Part shown: piece after piece, positions 58,458 to 64,000 of the stretch
Numbering within the stretch: position 1 is the stretch's first letter
Layout of the letters: each line of letters starts with the position of its first letter
DNA from: a virus
Strand: one strand, 5' to 3'
DNA length: 64,000 nucleotides
Virus record (IMG/VR): IMGVR_UViG_3300037067_022550
The notes under the pieces: generated by a model
What the model was told of the DNA's origin: nothing
The model's input: only the letters and a program-made list of their open reading frames with translations
The model's database searches: none
Made by a program: the position numbers and the translations under genes

Positions 58458-59299
58458 AAATAATTAAAATAGCTACAGAAATAACATTAGAAATGGTTAA
58501 AGATCCCAACTGTCCCCCAGAAATATTGACAGAAGTATTATTAAAAAAAGAAAATTATGATGATGAAGATTATGTTTCTCACTATGCGGCTATTAATCCT
58601 AATTGTCCTCCTGAAACATTGGCAAAAGTTTTAAGGAGAGAAAAAAATGATACTGTTTCTCAATGTGCTGTTGGTAATCCAAATTGCCCACCAGAAATAT
58701 TAACTGAAATATTAAAAAGAGGTAAAAATGATGATGTTTCTCTATATACTGCTACAAGTCCAAACTGTCCTCCAGAAACGTTAACAGAAGTATTAAAAAG
58801 AGGAAAAAATGATTTTGTTTCTAGGTATGCAGCCGGAAACCGCAATTGCCCTCCAGAAACATTAATAGAATTATTAAGGATAGGTAAAGATAATGAAGTT
58901 TCCCAACATGCAGCTCGTAATCCAAATTGCCCACCAGAAATGCTAGCTGAAGTATTAAAAAGATTGAAAAACGATAATGTTTCTGCATTTGCTTCTAAAA
59001 ATCCAAATTGCCCACCAGAATATGCTTGGTTGTGGAAAAACAAGATGCATAATCCAACCGACTGGTTTTTAAACTATTTGGATGCTTCTCCAACGGTAAA
59101 AAACGATCCTTATATAACTAAACTAGTTAAAACAGATTTAGTAAAAACATTAAATGATTTTTTTAATGGTAAAACATTACTAATGGGGAAAACATTACTA
59201 ATAGGTAAAGACAAAGATAAAATAAAAAAGTTAGTGGATTACTTTGGTAGCAATGACTTTGTAATTTCACTTTACAAAAATAAAATATTTAATAATTAA
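58454..59299 (+). CDS. NPNCPPExL (LRV/HEAT-like) repeat protein
   Basis: Six ~28-aa repeats NPNCPPE[IT]L[AT]EVLKRGKND.VS..AA. Ends with a WLW segment like 27821..28729. GTG start overlapping the upstream stop as GTGA. Confidence 0.5.
   Translation: MKIIKIATEITLEMVKDPNCPPEILTEVLLKKENYDDEDYVSHYAAINPNCPPETLAKVLRREKNDTVSQCAVGNPNCPPEILTEILKRGKNDDVSLYTATSPNCPPETLTEVLKRGKNDFVSRYAAGNRNCPPETLIELLRIGKDNEVSQHAARNPNCPPEMLAEVLKRLKNDNVSAFASKNPNCPPEYAWLWKNKMHNPTDWFLNYLDASPTVKNDPYITKLVKTDLVKTLNDFFNGKTLLMGKTLLIGKDKDKIKKLVDYFGSNDFVISLYKNKIFNN
58490..59030 (+). repeat. in-frame tandem repeats, about 6 copies of an 81-84-nt unit inside 58454..59299
   Basis: The nucleotide unit aatccaaattgcccaccagaaat... recurs. 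It produces the spurious antisense ORF 58660..59043. Confidence 0.5.
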
Positions 59300-59562
59300 A
59301 CATCATTTTCTTTAGCATTAGGTTGTTCCGCATTAGTTTCTTCCATTATATCTTTTTCAGTATTAGTTAATTCTAATTTAAATTTTTCTATGTCTTCTTC
59401 GGTTATATTTTCTTCAACATATATTAAGGATATTAAATCCTGAACTTCATCCATAAAAGAACTTGATAATCTAATTATTTCCTGTTTATCATTGCAACTA
59501 ATCATGTTTTGCATTATTTTACTAATTCTATAATACCCACGAATCATTAAATCTTTTTCCAT
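59296..59562 (-). CDS. hypothetical small acidic protein
   Basis: 88-aa ORF only. Confidence 0.3.
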   Translation of the reverse strand: MEKDLMIRGYYRISKIMQNMISCNDKQEIIRLSSSFMDEVQDLISLIYVEENITEEDIEKFKLELTNTEKDIMEETNAEQPNAKENDV

Positions 59563-59732
59563 TATTTTTATTCTCCTTGTTTAACATATTTGTTTGTCCA
59601 ATCTTCACAAGCCTTATCTTTTATATTTTTACCTACTATCTTTTTATAAACTATTTCACATATAGATAAAACATCAACTATTTTCCAACATATAAATCTA
59701 GATATTTTCATAAAAATGTTCATATATTTCCC

Positions 59733-60932
59733 TTATCTTACAATAGAAATTTTTCTGATAGCACTGGCAAAAATAGCATCTTTAGAATCTGTTGAACCTG
59801 TTCTTAATTCATAAAGTCCGTCAAATGCACATATATATCTTTCTATATTTTTATTAAGTACCATTTCTTTTTTATTGGAATTTTCTGAAACAATAGACTT
59901 GGGAAGAATATTGTTTATGAAATTCAATATGTCTTTATTGTTGTAATTTGATGGTAGATTCTCGTTTTTAAAATCAATTTCTTTATCTTCTGAAACTGAA
60001 TTCAAAATTCGGGGATCTAAAAGTTTCTGTTTGAATATTTCTTCCCTGATAAATTTGTTTACTGAAAAATTGTTTATTTTATTTAGTGTGCCATATTTAA
60101 ATAATAAATGAGAATAAATAACATGCCATCTTATCTGCTTCAAACACAATATAATAATGCCGTCATAATTAAAGCCGTTATTCATTAGATTTTCGGCAGC
60201 ATTCATTATTTTTGAATAAGAACCGGTATTTAAGGCTGTATAAAATGACCAAACAGGATAATCTTTTGACATTGGAAATGTTAGGTCAGTAACATCTTCT
60301 TGCTTTATATCATTTCCATCAACAGAAATAGAAATTTTATTAATTTCACTATTTAATGCCAATCTATTGTCTCCTACTATTTCAAGTAAAAGATTAGCAT
60401 TTTCTTGAGTAATTTTTTTATCTTGTTTTTTGAATTCTTCAACAATATATTTTATCTTTTCGCTTATTGAAAATTCTGAAATAGGAATTCCAGCATTTGA
60501 AATAGTAGCGTTTTGGTAACAAAATTGTTTAAAATCAATCCACTTTAGTTTTCCAAAACAAGCCTTACCGTTATTTAGAACATTAGTCTTGTCACATACA
60601 ATAAGATAATTGCTATGTGGTAAATTTTTAAAGGCATTAAATAAAAACTCAAGAAATGCGGAGCTATCTATTATTTCTTTTAAAACGATAAACTTTTTGT
60701 CATTGTCTATCCAAGAAGAACAGGTAATTTCAGAATCAACTAAATTAAGCCATTTTTCTTCAGATGATGATTTCTTTTTAAAACTAGGTATATCTATCTC
60801 TTTCCATAAATTTGGAGGAATTTGTTTTATGTTTGGAAAAAAATATTTTTTTATTTTTATTAGCTTTTCAGGATAAAATGACGGATCTCCACATATTAAA
60901 ATAACATTTTTTAATTTACTTTTTTCAGACAT
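59733..60932 (-). CDS. hypothetical protein, possibly clamp-loader delta-like subunit
   Basis: N-terminal NVILICGDPSF resembles the HolA N-terminus (yLlyG.d). Location next to dnaN. Weak call. Confidence 0.3.
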   Translation of the reverse strand: MSEKSKLKNVILICGDPSFYPEKLIKIKKYFFPNIKQIPPNLWKEIDIPSFKKKSSSEEKWLNLVDSEITCSSWIDNDKKFIVLKEIIDSSAFLEFLFNAFKNLPHSNYLIVCDKTNVLNNGKACFGKLKWIDFKQFCYQNATISNAGIPISEFSISEKIKYIVEEFKKQDKKITQENANLLLEIVGDNRLALNSEINKISISVDGNDIKQEDVTDLTFPMSKDYPVWSFYTALNTGSYSKIMNAAENLMNNGFNYDGIIILCLKQIRWHVIYSHLLFKYGTLNKINNFSVNKFIREEIFKQKLLDPRILNSVSEDKEIDFKNENLPSNYNNKDILNFINNILPKSIVSENSNKKEMVLNKNIERYICAFDGLYELRTGSTDSKDAIFASAIRKISIVR

Positions 60933-61238
60933 AATAATTATTATTTCAATTTACTGAACCATTAATTTTCCATGATTTTTGACAACCACCCTTGCCTTGC
61001 TAAAGATGAAAAAGCAGAACTTTTTGCTTTCCAGACTTCGTCTTCTTTTGAATTTTCTCCTCCTACTCCGTCTTTATCCCAAGTATACCATAGTCAGTTA
61101 GAATAAACAGATGCCCTACATCTTCCAAAAGGAGAAAAACTTAATTGCCATTCTTGTAGACAATCTGACCAATGCCACCTTAAAAAATATAATACAATTC
61201 TACGAAATATGGAATACATTTTTTTTGATCCAAAATAA

Positions 61239-62477
61239 TTAATTTGGTGTCATACTTTGCATCAAATAGACAAAATTGGTATCTTTATCAATAGAAGACA
61301 TTTTTATCTTTTTTTCGTCTTTAGAAAATGAAATTTTTATATTATTTCCATTTATCTTTTTACAACCATCTTTAATAAAACTATTTGACATTGCAACAGG
61401 ATTGTTTAAAGAAGATTCGATTTGATTACATCCTACAATAGCTGTTTCTGGATCAGTTCCTCTTCTGGCTGCATCAACCTTTATCTCTGATTTACCAGCA
61501 TTAACATGAAAGATTGATTTTTCAGAATTATATAGACTCAAGAATTCAACAGCTTCTAACAAGTCTGCTTTATCTACAACTATATTTGTTGGCAAATTCA
61601 AATTAAGTATATTAATGAAATTGGGAAACTGTTGTTTAATTTCTTCTGATGCAATACATAATTTTATTTTAAGTCTTTCTGAAGATAGTATAATATGTTC
61701 CTTATTTTCACAATCAATTATTTCAATTTTTTCATCATCTTCAAATGATTTGCAAGATGTTTTTAATAAATTACCGTCAATTAAAAATTTTTGTTCATCA
61801 CAATTAATTTTAACATCATCTTTATTTTCGCCAATAGAGAAAATGGCACATCTTTTGCCGTCTGTACCAGCTAAATAAATATTTTTACCAGAAACAACAA
61901 TTGCTATCCTATCAAGGATGTTGGACAAATCTGTTGGGTCTACTGCAAATATTACTTGTTCTACGGCTTCTTTAAACGCTTTGGCTTTAAGAGAAAAAAT
62001 AACTTTATTGTAGTTATAATCAACTTTAACAAACTCACTAACTGGAAAGGTATCGTTTTTGCCCTTTCTTTTCTCTGATTTGTTATCAATAGCTATTGTT
62101 GTTATTTTGCCGTTAGGCTGAACAATTCCTGCAAAAGAATCTTTACCATAATTTTCATTTTCTTCATAAGAAATCTGAATGGAATATTTATTGGAAAGGG
62201 TATTTAAAACCTTTAAGTAACTACTTGCTTCAACACAAAAGCTGCCTTCTTCTTCTGTAATTATACTTTCATCTTTTGGGACAGAGCATAATATGGATAT
62301 TTTTGGAGACGAAGATTCAAAAGCAATGGAATCTTTATTTGAAGATATTTTTATACAAGAATCAGTTGGCCTAATTTTCTTTCTTTCTTCATCTTGTGAA
62401 TCTTTGGTTAATGCTCCAGATACACTTTTTTCTACTAATGCTGTTAATGTTTTTAACGGTACTGTCATTTTCATCAT
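61239..62477 (-). CDS. dnaN: DNA polymerase III beta subunit (sliding clamp)
   Basis: N-terminal MKMTVPLKTLTALVEK, LAGTDGKRCAI, and C-terminal FVYLMQSMTP resembling the beta-clamp C-terminal motif. 412 aa. Confidence 0.7.
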   Translation of the reverse strand: MMKMTVPLKTLTALVEKSVSGALTKDSQDEERKKIRPTDSCIKISSNKDSIAFESSSPKISILCSVPKDESIITEEEGSFCVEASSYLKVLNTLSNKYSIQISYEENENYGKDSFAGIVQPNGKITTIAIDNKSEKRKGKNDTFPVSEFVKVDYNYNKVIFSLKAKAFKEAVEQVIFAVDPTDLSNILDRIAIVVSGKNIYLAGTDGKRCAIFSIGENKDDVKINCDEQKFLIDGNLLKTSCKSFEDDEKIEIIDCENKEHIILSSERLKIKLCIASEEIKQQFPNFINILNLNLPTNIVVDKADLLEAVEFLSLYNSEKSIFHVNAGKSEIKVDAARRGTDPETAIVGCNQIESSLNNPVAMSNSFIKDGCKKINGNNIKISFSKDEKKIKMSSIDKDTNFVYLMQSMTPN

Positions 62478-62580
62478 ACTATTTTACTCCTTTGTTCTTA
62501 ATTTTTATCAACTACTTTTTAACTACTTTTTAACTATCAATCATTATACAATAAAATATAAAAATGCAAAGTAAATATTT

Positions 62581-63486
62581 TTAATTGAACAAAAGAGGGA
62601 CAATATCTTTGCTGTTGCATTTAATAAGTTCTTGAGCCTTTTTTCTTATTCTTAATAGGGCATTGTCTATAGACTTGGCATTATATCTAATTTCTAATCT
62701 TTTAGACACCCCTTTAGCAACTTCTTTATAAGATTTTTCATTTAAGTATTCCTCTAAAACCACTATTTCAAAACTACTCAATCTACTTTTTATTGATTCA
62801 AATGTTTGATTAAAACTTTCTTTATCTGAAAGTTTTTTGTAAGGTAATGTTTTATTATTATCATCTGCAATTATGTTAGAAAGAGGAGCCATTTCCATTT
62901 CATTGTCATTTTGATTAATTGGAGAATGATCCATGCTAACAGCAGTATTTATTGGAATATTTTTTTTCCTATGTTTGGATGCGTGTAGAATAGTTATAAG
63001 ATGTCTAGTTATACACATTTTGGCAAAATTTAAAAAAGACATTCCTTTATTGGGATTGAATTTTGGTATAGCTTTTTTAAACAATGCTATTAAAGATTCT
63101 TGATACATGTCGTTTTCATCGTAACCTTTAATAAAACTAAATTTTTTAAATACTAAACCCAACAAATATTTGTGTATATAAAAATGTATTTTATTGAAAC
63201 AATCATTATCATTTGGATGTTTTTGCATTTTTAATGCTAATGCATCAAGTTCTTTTCTTACTTCTCGGGGAGTTCCTATTAAAGGATCATTTACTCCCGT
63301 AACATTAAAAATAGAAACATCTTCTTCAACAGAACTTATAGGTAAGATTTCATCTGATATTACAACCTTTATCTTTTTTCTATAATTTCTTTTTTTAAAA
63401 CAGGAACGTTTTTTAAACACTCTTACCTGTTTAATCTTTTTATTACATTTTGTTTTTCTTTTGTTTTTTGATTTAACTAGTGGCAT
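62581..63486 (-). CDS. RNA polymerase sigma factor (sigma-70 family) with K/R-rich N-terminal extension
   Basis: Region 2: DMYQESLIALFKKAIPKFNPNKGMSFLNFAKMCITRHL. Region 4 HTH: SYKEVAKGVSKRLEIRYNAKSIDNALLRIRKKA. SD AAGGGGGA is 4 nt before the ATG. Confidence 0.65.
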   Translation of the reverse strand: MPLVKSKNKRKTKCNKKIKQVRVFKKRSCFKKRNYRKKIKVVISDEILPISSVEEDVSIFNVTGVNDPLIGTPREVRKELDALALKMQKHPNDNDCFNKIHFYIHKYLLGLVFKKFSFIKGYDENDMYQESLIALFKKAIPKFNPNKGMSFLNFAKMCITRHLITILHASKHRKKNIPINTAVSMDHSPINQNDNEMEMAPLSNIIADDNNKTLPYKKLSDKESFNQTFESIKSRLSSFEIVVLEEYLNEKSYKEVAKGVSKRLEIRYNAKSIDNALLRIRKKAQELIKCNSKDIVPLLFN

Positions 63487-63539
63487 CAATCCCCCTTTTA
63501 AAGGATAGACGCCGCACGCTATGTTTCTAATCTAATTTA

Positions 63540-64000
63540 TTATTTCGCATTACTGACATCGTTTTTAAGAAGAATAAGGCAATTAATTAGTGCAGCCTCT
63601 AATATCCATCTTTCATTTAAATTAACGTTTATTTCTTTTTCTATTCTACTCAAAGCACTTGCCGTCTTAATCAAACTATTTCTATTAACCTTTTCTGCAA
63701 TTTCAGCAATGGACTTTCTTTCAACATCCAAAACATCTAATAGAGCTGAATCTTTCCCACAAATTTTACATACAAATATATTTCTTAAAATATATGAAAT
63801 ATCATTTAATATTGTTTTTGCTTCTATTCCAGATTGCAATAAAATATTAACTTTTTCTAATAGCCCAGAAGCATCCTGTGAAACCATTAAATTAACTATT
63901 TCATAAGTAATGGTTTCATCAGGGATACCAAAATATTCATTGGCTTCTTTTTCTCCTATCTTATTGTCTTTTGCCATAGCAATTTGTTCTAAATGATTAA
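63540..64000 (-). CDS. dnaX: DNA polymerase III tau/gamma (DnaX)-like, C-terminal part only, 5' end beyond the window
   Basis: The reading frame stays open upstream of the listed Met to the window edge. ITYEIVNLMVSQDASGLLEKVNILLQSGIEAKTILNDISYILRNI resembles DnaX domain III. Confidence 0.45.
   Translation of the reverse strand, partial: NHLEQIAMAKDNKIGEKEANEYFGIPDETITYEIVNLMVSQDASGLLEKVNILLQSGIEAKTILNDISYILRNIFVCKICGKDSALLDVLDVERKSIAEIAEKVNRNSLIKTASALSRIEKEINVNLNERWILEAALINCLILLKNDVSNAK

Noticed and set aside
1-64000. CRISPR array, tRNA or rRNA genes
   Set aside because: All regular nucleotide repeats found are in-frame coding repeats. Intergenic regions were checked by eye for T-loop-like GTTCRAATC motifs and cloverleaf GC stems, and none was found. 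This should be confirmed with tRNAscan-SE or ARAGORN.

Overview
This 64-kb window is AT-rich (roughly 30% GC) and densely packed with genes on both strands. Many genes have clear Shine-Dalgarno sites (GGAG/AGGAG) and 4-nt ATGA/GTGA start-stop overlaps, so the translation signals are prokaryotic. I found no rRNA, tRNA or CRISPR array. The content looks like a large (jumbo-type) bacteriophage or phage-like mobile genome rather than a cellular chromosome. There is a replication module: NAD-dependent DNA ligase, type IA topoisomerase, beta sliding clamp, a partial DnaX at the window edge, a possible delta-like subunit, and a sigma-70-family factor. There are nucleotide-metabolism genes (dUTPase, Nudix hydrolase, metallophosphoesterase). 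There are several self-splicing or homing elements: a 458-aa LAGLIDADG intein inside a UDP-sugar dehydrogenase, a free-standing LAGLIDADG gene and two HNH genes. Anti-restriction-type genes are present (Lar-like Zn-ribbon protein, Dam methylase, a small DPPY methylase). Candidate structural and secreted proteins include a 1228-aa fibre with a C1q-like C-terminus. No ribosomal, tRNA-synthetase or other cellular housekeeping genes are present. Unusual items: (1) a five-gene translationally coupled operon whose unrelated products all begin with the same MNWYK(I/T)(S/A)Q peptide; (2) a tandem array of four diverged small paralogues; (3) an operon combining split, reverse-ordered coaB-coaC with a glycosyltransferase, a radical SAM enzyme and an ATP-grasp enzyme; (4) a second radical SAM/SPASM gene beside a phosphoesterase; (5) LRV/HEAT-like NPNCPPExL repeat proteins in three loci; (6) a nucleotidyltransferase, SPFH membrane protein and small-protein cluster; (7) a recurring upstream motif TTTAAAGAATAAGT that may be a promoter element for the encoded sigma factor. 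All functional calls come from motifs read by eye. No database search was run.
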